From: Candidatus Latescibacterota bacterium
Lineage (GTDB): Bacteria > Latescibacterota > UBA2968
DNA length: 64,000 nucleotides
NCBI GenBank assembly: GCA_965116885.1
Contig: OZ220741.1
Coordinates: forward strand, 4,256,001 to 4,320,000
Direction: 5' to 3'
Shown piece by piece: positions 18,863 through 28,032 of the stretch. Under the pieces are notes generated by a model that saw nothing but the letters and a program-made list of their open reading frames with translations, was not told where the DNA came from and ran no database searches. The translations under genes were made by a program, and so were the position numbers. Numbering within the stretch: the stretch's first letter is position 1; each line of letters starts with the position of its first letter.

Positions 18863-21800
18863 CACTTGCTGGTATTGCCGTTCGGCGGCCCGTGACCACG
18901 GCCATGTTTTTTCTTGGTCTGGCTATTTTAGGCGCGATTTCTCTGGATCGATTGCCCGTTCAGATATTTCCCGAACTCGTCCGCCCGGAGGTCTTTGTCA
19001 CAGTCACTCAGCAGGGCTATTCGCCCGAACAGGTCGAGCGGGAATTGGTGATGCCCGTCGAGAGAGAGGTGGGCAAACTCGAAGGCATTGAGGCGTACGA
19101 ATCCTTTTCTCGCCAGAACAATGGCGGGGTACGCATTTCCTACGCGCCCAATACGGATATGAAATTCGCCCTGTTGCAGCTCGAAAGCCGCATCACGCGC
19201 CTGCAACCGCTTTTGCCCGAAAGAGCGCGGGTCAACATACAGCGCTTTGATTCCTCTGATCTGAGTGCTTCGGTGATGCAAATTCACGTGTTGGGCGAAG
19301 GCGATATAAACTGGTTGCGCGAATTTGCCGAGGAGAAAATCAGACCGGAATTGGAAGCGGTCGATGGCGTTGTCAACGCGCAGGTCCTGGGCGGGCAAAG
19401 GACGGCTATTGAAATTATTGTCGATCCATTGATGCTGCAGGCGCACCAGCTTTCGATGTCTGATGTTCGCAATCGCATCAATGCGTTTAATACGCGACGA
19501 CAATATCTCGGGCGAGTGTACGACGGCGACCAGGCTTATGCGGTCAGCATTCAGGGCCAATTTACAGACCTCGTGCAAATCCGCAGAGTCGTGATCAAAC
19601 CCGAATTGCCCCTGCACCTGGGCGACATTGCCAAAATTCTCTACGGCCTTCAGGAGCGTACAGATCTGCAACGCATCAATGGCAAAGCCGCCGTTGGCAT
19701 CCGCATTCAAAAAGACGATGAAGCCAATCTCATCGAACTTGCAGGAGAACTCGAAGACACCATCGAACGCGTCAACAGCGATCTTGCATACGAAAATATC
19801 CAACTCGTGATCAGCCAGAATCAGGCAGAGATTATGAACGAAGCCCTCAATTTCCTCAAACGGGCCGCTGTTGTCGGGGGATTGCTCGGGCTTTTTGTTT
19901 TGTTCTTATTTTTGAGAAATCTGCGCTTTGTCGCTGTTTTGCTCCTCGCCATTCCGTGTTCTTTGTTGCTCACATTTAATCTGATGTATATGTGGGATCT
20001 CAGTTTGAACGTGCTCTCGATGTGCGGCCTCGCGCTTGCAGTTGGCATGTTGATGGACAATGGCATTGTGGTCATGGAAAATATTTTCAAGCATTTTGAA
20101 CAGGGCAAATCTCCCAAAGAAGCCGCAAAAGCAGGAACCGATGAGATCGCACGCGCCGTTGTTGCGGCAACCGCGACTACAATTACTGTTTTTATACCCG
20201 TAGTTTTTATTCAAAGCGACTTTCAAGATATCCTGCGAGAATTCGCGCTGTCCATCGCCTTTCCTCTGCTTGCCTCTCTGCTCGTAGCCCTCACACTTGT
20301 GCCTGCCCTCGCATCGAAAACCCTTTCTCTCGCATCTCGACCACCGACGGGAACAGGCGCATTGATCGAGATGTACACGGTGTGCCTCAAAGCGGGCTTG
20401 CGCCACAGAATTAGCGTGTCACTGGGTATTGTCGGCGCGCTTGTCATCACGTTGATCATTTCTTTTTTCTTTATGCTACAACAAGATATCCGTCGTGAAG
20501 AAAGCCGTTTTACCGTCTATATCAGCATGCCCGAAGGCACGACTATTGAAGCCCTTGATGCTGTTGTTGGCGAAATTGAAAGTGCTGTGCGAGATCTCAA
20601 AGGTATAGATCGCTTTACGACCAGTATCAGCGAAACCCAGGCGAGTATCAATGTGGAACTTTTGCCCTTATCCGAACGCCCCGACCAGATTTCTGTCGAT
20701 CTCATCAAGGAAAATCTCGAAGAGTCATTCGGTGATGTCCAAAATGCGATTGTGAGTTATGAGGCCATCGCGCGCACGGGCAGGGGAGGTGGTGGGGGCC
20801 GAGGGGGAGGCGGGGGAGGCGGTATTCGGGGCACCCGTCAGGCCTCGGGCGGATTCAATCTGGAAGGGGGCGCGCCTTCGGAAATGGCTGTCATTCGCGG
20901 CTATGATTTTACGGTGCTTCAAATGCTTGCCGACGATCTGGTCTATCGCCTCGAAGAACTGGAGGAAATCGATCCGAATAGCGTAAGAGCCGATGCAGAA
21001 CGCGGCGCATCCGAAGTGCATGTGTTGCCCGATGAGGAAGTAATGTTTGATCGGCGATTGCAGGTGCGCCAAGTGCTCAATGCCGTATCCGACGCCAATC
21101 CGCGCGGTGCGCGATCCAATATTTCATTTCTCACGCCCGAAGGCACAGAAATCCCGATTGATGTTCGCAATGTCGAAGACCCCGAAGAAGAGGGGGAGGG
21201 GATTGCGGGATTGAGACAGACGCCGATTCTGGGTACGGGAGGGACTTACATTCCCCTTGTGGAAGTTTCGCATGTGCGCCGGGATCAGGGCAGGAGTATG
21301 ATTTTGCGCACCGATCAATCGCGGCGCGTGATTGTCTCGTACCGCTTTGCCGAAGAAATTTTGCAGTCTCAACCTCTGCTGGAAGCCTCCCGCGCCTATG
21401 TGCAAGCCGTGGTCTCTGAAATGGTGCTGCCCGAAGGGTATAGCATCGAAATGATCGAGGCAGAGGAAGAGACGATTTATTACTGGATGATGGGCATTGC
21501 CGCTCTATTGATTTTTATGATTTTGGCCTCTTTGTTTGAATCGCTTTCCGCGCCTGTGATTATTTTGTGTACGTTGCCCGCAGCAATTATTGGATCGTGC
21601 TGGGCACTGATCTTATCGGGGACGGGATTGACCTCGCAAGAAGCGCCAATGGCACTGTTGGGACTTATTGTTTTGAGCGGTATTGCCGTCAACAATGGGA
21701 TCGTGCTGATCGATGCGATTGAAACCCTTCGCCGCCGTGGGTTCAGGCGAGAACGCGCGGTGCTCACGGCGAGCCGGTCGCGCGTGCGTCCTGTTTTAAT

Positions 21801-23583
21801 GACTTCGGCAACCACCATTTTGGGCATGTTGCCTCTGGCACTCATATTTGGCGGCGATTACGAAATTTGGCCCCCCTTTGCGATTGTGGTAATCGGAGGG
21901 CTGGCTGTTTCAACGGTTTCCACCCTCGTATTTATTCCCGTGGTGTACATGGGAATTGATCAGACCAAAGCCTGGTTGACGGATATTGGGTGGTTCGGGA
22001 TCGTATTGGGAACAACGGCAGCCGCGGGATTGACATATTGGGTTGACGGTTATTACCAGAGTTTGTTCTGGACCTGTCTTTTGGCATTGCCAGCCTGGAT
22101 GTTGTGTATGGGTGTAATCTGGATAGTGCAACGCATTTATCGCGCGCGTATGGCTTCTCTTGCCGAGATCGGCAATATTGAACATCTCGAAATTCGCAAT
22201 CTGACCAAAATTTATGGCGCGCCGGGACGATTTAAGCACGAATGGGATCGCTTTAAGCGGCGTCATCAGCGCCTTTTAGAGCGCGGGCAGGTATTGATAG
22301 ATAAAAAGGCTATTAAGGACAGTTTGTGGTGGAAGTTACCACTTCTGGCACTTTTGATTTATTTGGAAACCTATTTTGAACAGGGAGCCTGGATATTTTT
22401 GGCAGGGCTTGCTATATGGGGCCTCGTGCATCACCTCATACTATGCGCGGCAGCTTTGCGCGATTTTCAGATTGAGAACAGATGGATATCACAAATCGCC
22501 CGATTGATTTTGCCGCTGGTCTTTATCGCCTTTATCCATTGGCGTTTGGAACTTATATCTTTGACCATCGCCACTACTGCAATCTACTTGCTCTATCGCA
22601 TCATCGGGTTTTTGGCAAATCGCGTTGGACAAGGTCGCGTTGACCCCGAGCATATACCGGGCAAATTAGGCCCTGTTAAAGGCATCGTGTACCGCGGGGC
22701 GGCAGCCGTTCCCCTGATTGGCGTTCCGCGCCCACAATTCCAGGCTCTCGGCGGTGTGAGTCTCGATATTCCGCGCGGGATGTTTGGGCTTTTGGGCCCC
22801 AATGGCGCGGGCAAGACCACGCTGATGCGGATTGTGTGTCGGGTTTTGTCGTCAAATTACGGGTCGGTACTCGCCAATGGCACAATACCGCTTACACATC
22901 GGAATATGCAGGGGGTGATTGGCTATTTGCCGCAGCACTTTGGCCTGTATCTGCACATGTCTGCGTATAATTATCTGGAATACCGCGCGCTTTTAGAGGG
23001 ATTTAAGGATGGGGTCGCGCGGCGCAAGCGCGTTCAAGAATGTCTGGAGCAGGTCAATCTGTGGGATAGGCGAGACGATCTGATTGGTTCGTTCTCTGGC
23101 GGTATGAAACAGCGCGTGGGCATTGCACAAACCCTGCTGCACTTACCGCAGATTATCGTAGTGGATGAACCGACAGCGGGATTGGACCCACTCGAGCGTA
23201 TCCGGTTCAGAAATCTGCTGGCGCGATTTAGCCAGGAAAAAATTATTATTTTTTCCACACATATTGTCGAAGATATTGCGGGCAGTTGCAACCGATTGGC
23301 CGTGCTGAATCACGGTAAGCTGCTTTATACGGGAACCCCGATTGAAATGCGCGATTTGGCGCGCGATAAGGTGTGGGAGGCTCTGCTGCCAGATCCGCGT
23401 TTTGAAGCACTGGAACGCGACCTGGATATGATTACACATGTGCGCGTGCCCGATGGGATTCGGGTGCGGTTTCTCGCCACTGATCCCATCCCAGAAGCGC
23501 GTGCTGTTGCGCCCACCCTCGAAGATGCGTATCTCTACCTTTTGCGACATGGCGATGAATACAAACAGTCTAACATGGCGTGA
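18859..23583 (+). CDS. RND permease fused to a C-terminal ABC ATPase domain
   Basis: Complete RND module (GMLMDNGIVV, RVRPVLMT), extra TM helices, then GPNGAGKTT, FSGGMKQR, VDEPTAGLDP, STH in one 1574-aa frame. Confidence 0.92.
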   Translation: MTLAGIAVRRPVTTAMFFLGLAILGAISLDRLPVQIFPELVRPEVFVTVTQQGYSPEQVERELVMPVEREVGKLEGIEAYESFSRQNNGGVRISYAPNTDMKFALLQLESRITRLQPLLPERARVNIQRFDSSDLSASVMQIHVLGEGDINWLREFAEEKIRPELEAVDGVVNAQVLGGQRTAIEIIVDPLMLQAHQLSMSDVRNRINAFNTRRQYLGRVYDGDQAYAVSIQGQFTDLVQIRRVVIKPELPLHLGDIAKILYGLQERTDLQRINGKAAVGIRIQKDDEANLIELAGELEDTIERVNSDLAYENIQLVISQNQAEIMNEALNFLKRAAVVGGLLGLFVLFLFLRNLRFVAVLLLAIPCSLLLTFNLMYMWDLSLNVLSMCGLALAVGMLMDNGIVVMENIFKHFEQGKSPKEAAKAGTDEIARAVVAATATTITVFIPVVFIQSDFQDILREFALSIAFPLLASLLVALTLVPALASKTLSLASRPPTGTGALIEMYTVCLKAGLRHRISVSLGIVGALVITLIISFFFMLQQDIRREESRFTVYISMPEGTTIEALDAVVGEIESAVRDLKGIDRFTTSISETQASINVELLPLSERPDQISVDLIKENLEESFGDVQNAIVSYEAIARTGRGGGGGRGGGGGGGIRGTRQASGGFNLEGGAPSEMAVIRGYDFTVLQMLADDLVYRLEELEEIDPNSVRADAERGASEVHVLPDEEVMFDRRLQVRQVLNAVSDANPRGARSNISFLTPEGTEIPIDVRNVEDPEEEGEGIAGLRQTPILGTGGTYIPLVEVSHVRRDQGRSMILRTDQSRRVIVSYRFAEEILQSQPLLEASRAYVQAVVSEMVLPEGYSIEMIEAEEETIYYWMMGIAALLIFMILASLFESLSAPVIILCTLPAAIIGSCWALILSGTGLTSQEAPMALLGLIVLSGIAVNNGIVLIDAIETLRRRGFRRERAVLTASRSRVRPVLMTSATTILGMLPLALIFGGDYEIWPPFAIVVIGGLAVSTVSTLVFIPVVYMGIDQTKAWLTDIGWFGIVLGTTAAAGLTYWVDGYYQSLFWTCLLALPAWMLCMGVIWIVQRIYRARMASLAEIGNIEHLEIRNLTKIYGAPGRFKHEWDRFKRRHQRLLERGQVLIDKKAIKDSLWWKLPLLALLIYLETYFEQGAWIFLAGLAIWGLVHHLILCAAALRDFQIENRWISQIARLILPLVFIAFIHWRLELISLTIATTAIYLLYRIIGFLANRVGQGRVDPEHIPGKLGPVKGIVYRGAAAVPLIGVPRPQFQALGGVSLDIPRGMFGLLGPNGAGKTTLMRIVCRVLSSNYGSVLANGTIPLTHRNMQGVIGYLPQHFGLYLHMSAYNYLEYRALLEGFKDGVARRKRVQECLEQVNLWDRRDDLIGSFSGGMKQRVGIAQTLLHLPQIIVVDEPTAGLDPLERIRFRNLLARFSQEKIIIFSTHIVEDIAGSCNRLAVLNHGKLLYTGTPIEMRDLARDKVWEALLPDPRFEALERDLDMITHVRVPDGIRVRFLATDPIPEARAVAPTLEDAYLYLLRHGDEYKQSNMA

Positions 23584-24283
23584 GTTGCTTTTCTTTGTCG
23601 GGAAAATGCACAGTCTGAGCATGAGAATCGTTTTTCACCGCAAAATGATTTTTATGTTTGGCGGGATTGTCGCGTATTACGCAATTTTGTACGCGATTGC
23701 AATCTGGCGTCCAGGTGAAGGGCTTTCAGTCGAACAAGCCCTCCATGTATTGGTTGAAGTGCCGGGCACGGTGCTTGCAATTTACCTGACGATGGATCTG
23801 GTGTCGGGGGAGAGGGATAAGGATACGCTTGAAATTCTGTTCAGCACGGCGGTCAGCCACTACGCGACCTGGGCCGTGAGAATTGTGTCGATCAGCGTTG
23901 CGCTATTTGCCACGCTGATGGCAATGAGCACGATTTCCTACTATTTTTTTGCGGAGTTTCCCTATCTCCTGGGGGGATTGAATGCATGTATCCCTGCCTT
24001 TTTTATGGTAGGAGCCACATTTCTGTTTTCTGTCTTGTGTCGCAGTGGCAATGCGGCTGGCATGCTCGCCGTTGGCCTTTTGATTGCGATTTTGCTTTCG
24101 ACGGAGGCGTTTGAGGATACATCGTATTACCTTTTTCTCAAGCCATTTGACCCGCCTTCAGATTTAGATACCAGCCTGTGGGTAAATCGCGTGGTCTTAA
24201 ACCGCGCGGGCATTGCCATTCTGGGAATACTGTTCATTTTTCTCGCTCTGAGACGAATGATAGACCGCGAAAAGCTGCTGTGA
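23555..24283 (+). CDS. ABC-2 type permease
   Basis: About 6 TM segments; ERDKDTLEILFS motif; overlaps the upstream gene. Exact start (23549 or 23555) uncertain. Confidence 0.8.
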   Translation: MNTNSLTWRELLFFVGKMHSLSMRIVFHRKMIFMFGGIVAYYAILYAIAIWRPGEGLSVEQALHVLVEVPGTVLAIYLTMDLVSGERDKDTLEILFSTAVSHYATWAVRIVSISVALFATLMAMSTISYYFFAEFPYLLGGLNACIPAFFMVGATFLFSVLCRSGNAAGMLAVGLLIAILLSTEAFEDTSYYLFLKPFDPPSDLDTSLWVNRVVLNRAGIAILGILFIFLALRRMIDREKLL

Positions 24284-24297
24284 TAGAGTCAAAAGCG

Positions 24298-24319
24298 TCC
24301 GCAGATGACGCAGATGAAA
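24298..24319 (+). repeat. CGCAGAT tandem repeat (2 units)
   Basis: TCCGCAGATGACGCAGATGAAA; same motif recurs at 34936. Confidence 0.7.
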
Positions 24320-24340
24320 GTCAAAAGCAACATCCATAAG

Positions 24341-24375
24341 AAAGCCCCTTGTCAATACAGACCAGGGGGTTTTTT
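24341..24375 (+). terminator. Intrinsic terminator of the transporter operon
   Basis: AAAGCCCCTTG...CAGGGGGTTTTTT. Confidence 0.7.
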
Positions 24376-24425
24376 ATGCCATTATTCAACAAAACAAAAA
24401 CGCATCAACGAAGAAAAACAGCCCA

Positions 24426-24460
24426 AATCAGAAATACGCAAGTGCTAATCAGAAATACGC
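24426..24460. promoter_or_regulatory. 14-bp direct repeat with 21-bp period, candidate AraC-family operator
   Basis: AATCAGAAATACGC at 24426 and 24447, upstream of an AraC-type gene. Confidence 0.55.
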
Positions 24461-24691
24461 GAGGATTTTTTGAATTGCAATTACAGGTGTGATGGTGGTA
24501 TCATAAAAGAGCCGCCGACAAGACGAGAACAAGTCAACTGTCAGCGGCGGTAGTATCTCAAGCTGGGAACTTGAGAAGACTAAATGAAAAGTAACGACCT
24601 GAAGCGCGATTGTCAATATGTACGACTGCGTTTCATTGCACCTGAATAATGTGGTTTTAAAAATTTCACGGCGTACTGATGATGACAAAAG

Positions 24692-25498
24692 ATGGGCAAA
24701 CAGAAAATTCTTATTGCAGATCACGATTCCCGCGTTCTATCGACACTCACAGAATTTTTGAGTGATGAACCTTATGAGATATTCAAGGCGGCAAATGGAA
24801 TGGAAGGGCTTGACGTTTTAAGACGCGAGAAGATTGATCTTGCTATTGCTGAAAAGCATATCGCGGGTCTTGGTGGGATAGCATTTTTGAAGGCCGTGAA
24901 GGTAGAGAAAATTCAGACAAATATTTTGATCATGGGCGGGATTGAGCATATGGAATCAACAGAAAAAATACTCAAGAGTGGTGCTATAAGCGTACTCGAT
25001 AAACCCGTCAAGAAGGGTGACTTTTTGGCAAAGATCAAAGCATTTATGCCACCAAATAACGGCAGAAACTGGTCTGAGAACGGCCAGTCAGGATCGGAAG
25101 CCTCGCCTTCATACCCCGTCCCAGTACAGGTTTCACAAGACAAGTGGAAAACTGATTTGGAATCATTTTTGAATGAGCGTTACCACGATCCAGACCTGGA
25201 ATGTGATGTTCTCATGTGCTACTTCGATTTATCGCGGTCACATGTTTGTGCGCTATTCAAAAAATATTTTGACAAGACTTATCGTGAAGTATTGCGAGAG
25301 GTCAGAGTAGCACAGGTAGAGCGTTTCTTAAAAGAATCATCTCTGAGTGTGAATGAAATTGCACACCTGTGTGGGTTTCATTCATCAGATCGTTTGCGTG
25401 TGGCTTTCAAGAAGATACATGACATTTCTCCTACCCTTTACCGCAAAAAAGTTATAAGCGGAGAAATTCCAAGAAGGTCCGGAAGGTTCAAGCGATGA
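24692..25498 (+). CDS. Atypical response regulator: REC domain plus AraC HTH
   Basis: KILIADHD...DLAIAE...KP receiver; LS...LFKK, SVNEIAHLCGF, FKK...SPTLYR AraC signature. Confidence 0.9.
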   Translation: MGKQKILIADHDSRVLSTLTEFLSDEPYEIFKAANGMEGLDVLRREKIDLAIAEKHIAGLGGIAFLKAVKVEKIQTNILIMGGIEHMESTEKILKSGAISVLDKPVKKGDFLAKIKAFMPPNNGRNWSENGQSGSEASPSYPVPVQVSQDKWKTDLESFLNERYHDPDLECDVLMCYFDLSRSHVCALFKKYFDKTYREVLREVRVAQVERFLKESSLSVNEIAHLCGFHSSDRLRVAFKKIHDISPTLYRKKVISGEIPRRSGRFKR

Positions 25499-28020
25499 AG
25501 ATTTTACATATTCTGGATGTTTCGCTGCCACACCGACAAAGCGGCTACAGTTTGCGAAGCCAATATATCATCAATACGCAGAAAGTCCTTGGCTTTGATC
25601 CTGTGGTGCTCACGCGGTGGGGCGTGTCTGAACAACTCGTGGATGGAGTTGAATATATCAACGATGTGCCTTATTTGAGAAATACTTCTGAATCATACAC
25701 AGCACGTCTGTCCGAACGTCTGGGCAAATTTCAATTGCCAGATACCCCACGAATCTATCGTGTGGGGCAGGAGCATCACTTTCGCAAGCGCGTTGCGCGG
25801 GCGATTGAGACGGAAAGACCCGATGTGTTACACGCGGCGTCACCGGGTAGAAATGCACAGGTTGTGATTGATATAGGACATCACTGTGGTCTGTCTGTGG
25901 TGTACGAGGTGCGGGGTTTGTGGCACGATAGCGGTGTGGCGCAGGGTATGCTGGCTCCCGATTCAGAGGTGTATCGCCAGCAGCACGCGCAACATGTCAA
26001 TGCGATGCAACAGGCCGATGCTGTGGTGACGCTGTCCGAGGTGTTAAAAGTTGAGTGCATACGCGAAGGGGTTGACGAAGAGAAAATTGGCGTAGTGCCC
26101 AATGGTGTGGCAGTTGAGCAATATGCACCGAAAGATCGGGCCGGCGAACTTGCCAATCGATTGGGTATTGAATCGGGCGATGTGGTGTTGGGCTATATCG
26201 GTCTGGTGCGGTCACTGGAGGGATTGCGGTTGTTGTTGCAGGCGTGTGAGGTTCTTCGCGGGCAGTATGCCAATCTCAAAGTGTTGATTGTGGGGGGTGG
26301 ACGAGACCTGCCAGCATTGCAGCGCGAAGCACAGAAACGCGGTCTGGCGGATGTGGCGATTTTTATGGGTGAAATACCGCACGATCAAATCGCGGACTAT
26401 TACGCGATGTTAGATGTTTTTGTGATTCCGCGTACGCGTAGCCGCGTTACCGAACTGGTCACGCCGATGAAGCCTTATGAGGCAATGGCGATGGAAAAAG
26501 CCGTTGTCGTCAGCGATGTAGCCGCACTCAAGGAGGTGGTTACAGACGGAGAAACCGGGCGCGTTTTTGTGGCAGATGATGTCGAAAGTCTCACCCAGAC
26601 GTGTGCCGAACTCATCGAGAATCCCTCGCTGCGGATGCAATTAGGACAAAAGGGCAGCGAATGGGTGCGGTCAGAGCGCACATGGAGGCAGGTTGTGGAA
26701 CGCTATCGCGGGATCTATGAGGCCGCGATAGCCGTTTGTCCTGCCCGTATGGAATGTGTTAATCAACAAGCAAAAACCCGCACACGCGTTGCATTTTACA
26801 GCCAGCATCTCATTGGCGTTGGGCACCATTTTCGCAATCGACAGATTGTCAATGAACTGGTCAAAACACGCGATGTGTTTTTTATCGATGGTGGACGTCC
26901 TGTTCCCGAGGCTGACCTCGATGAGCGGGTGACGCGTATTTCTCTGCTGCCCCTTCGCCTGGGCGCACAGGGTATTGAGTCTGTTGATAAAGAGCGCGAT
27001 TTGCAGACTGTGATGCGCGAGCGCCAGACACAGCTTGCCGACGTGATGGAGCAGATTCGCCCCGATGTGTTTTGTGTTGAGTTTTTTCCCTTTTCCCGGT
27101 GGTCGCTCAAGAGCGAGATTCTCAATACTATTGTCAGGCTCAATGAGATCAATCCCGGCGCGAAGGTGTTGTGTTCGCTGCGCGATATTCCCACGCGGGC
27201 AAAAAGCGATGTGTTGCAACCGACTGTTGCGCTTGCACAGAGACGCGATGGAGATGCGATGCGGTTTTATTCGGTGCCTTTTGGCGGGATACATCACGAG
27301 TATTTGGCTTTTAATCGGCGGTATTACGAGGAGGTTGTGCCCGTGTTGAATCAGTATTTCGATGCGGTGATGGTGCATGGCGATTCCCAACTATCCCGGT
27401 TGGAAGATCACTTTCCCTGGGTTGCTGATATCGGTATTCCCATCATTTATACGGGGTTTGTTTCTGAGAAACTCGAGAACGCATCTCGACCTGATGGTGC
27501 GCCGAATAGGTATGTGCTGGTCAGTGCTGGCGGTGGGGCTGAGGGGCTTGCGCTTGTTGCGCCGTGTATTGAAGCGTGGAAGCAATTGGCACAGGACAAT
27601 ACGCTCAACGGACGTGAGATGGTGATTTTTGCCGGTGCGTTTATCGAAGAGAAGCATTTTGACGCTTTGCGAGAATTGTGCGGTGATGGTCCGTTTCGCA
27701 TTGAGCGCTTTACGTCCAATTTTTTGGCGTGGATGAAATACGCAGATTTGTCGATTAGTCGTGCGGGCTACAATACGTGTATGAATGTGCTCGAGACACA
27801 GGTCCCATCGATTCTGGTGCCGAGTATTGCGATGGATGATCAGGGATTTCGCGCGCAGCAGTTGATGGGGTTGGGTATTGCCGGGGTGATACATCCCGAT
27901 CAAATAGGTGCGGGAAAGATGGCAAAAGCTATTGGCGAAATGCTCGCAAGTTTTGTGCCTGAACACCATCTATCTCTGGATGGTGCCGAGCAAACGCGAA
28001 AGTTTATAGAATCAGTCTAA
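25495..28020 (+). CDS. Two-domain glycosyltransferase (GT4 plus GT28/GT1-like GT-B)
   Basis: N-half YEVRG, ELVTPMKPYEAMA, VVSDV; C-half YSQHLIGVGH, VSAGGG, SRAGYNT. Confidence 0.88.
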   Translation: MKILHILDVSLPHRQSGYSLRSQYIINTQKVLGFDPVVLTRWGVSEQLVDGVEYINDVPYLRNTSESYTARLSERLGKFQLPDTPRIYRVGQEHHFRKRVARAIETERPDVLHAASPGRNAQVVIDIGHHCGLSVVYEVRGLWHDSGVAQGMLAPDSEVYRQQHAQHVNAMQQADAVVTLSEVLKVECIREGVDEEKIGVVPNGVAVEQYAPKDRAGELANRLGIESGDVVLGYIGLVRSLEGLRLLLQACEVLRGQYANLKVLIVGGGRDLPALQREAQKRGLADVAIFMGEIPHDQIADYYAMLDVFVIPRTRSRVTELVTPMKPYEAMAMEKAVVVSDVAALKEVVTDGETGRVFVADDVESLTQTCAELIENPSLRMQLGQKGSEWVRSERTWRQVVERYRGIYEAAIAVCPARMECVNQQAKTRTRVAFYSQHLIGVGHHFRNRQIVNELVKTRDVFFIDGGRPVPEADLDERVTRISLLPLRLGAQGIESVDKERDLQTVMRERQTQLADVMEQIRPDVFCVEFFPFSRWSLKSEILNTIVRLNEINPGAKVLCSLRDIPTRAKSDVLQPTVALAQRRDGDAMRFYSVPFGGIHHEYLAFNRRYYEEVVPVLNQYFDAVMVHGDSQLSRLEDHFPWVADIGIPIIYTGFVSEKLENASRPDGAPNRYVLVSAGGGAEGLALVAPCIEAWKQLAQDNTLNGREMVIFAGAFIEEKHFDALRELCGDGPFRIERFTSNFLAWMKYADLSISRAGYNTCMNVLETQVPSILVPSIAMDDQGFRAQQLMGLGIAGVIHPDQIGAGKMAKAIGEMLASFVPEHHLSLDGAEQTRKFIESV

Positions 28021-28032
28021 ATGAGGTGAAAG

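Noticed and set aside
17000..21720. Altered RND proton-relay residues (DN for AcrB DD; no Lys at the K940 position) as proof of ATP-driven RND
   Set aside because: Similar substitutions occur in many ordinary RND subfamilies, so they are not diagnostic.
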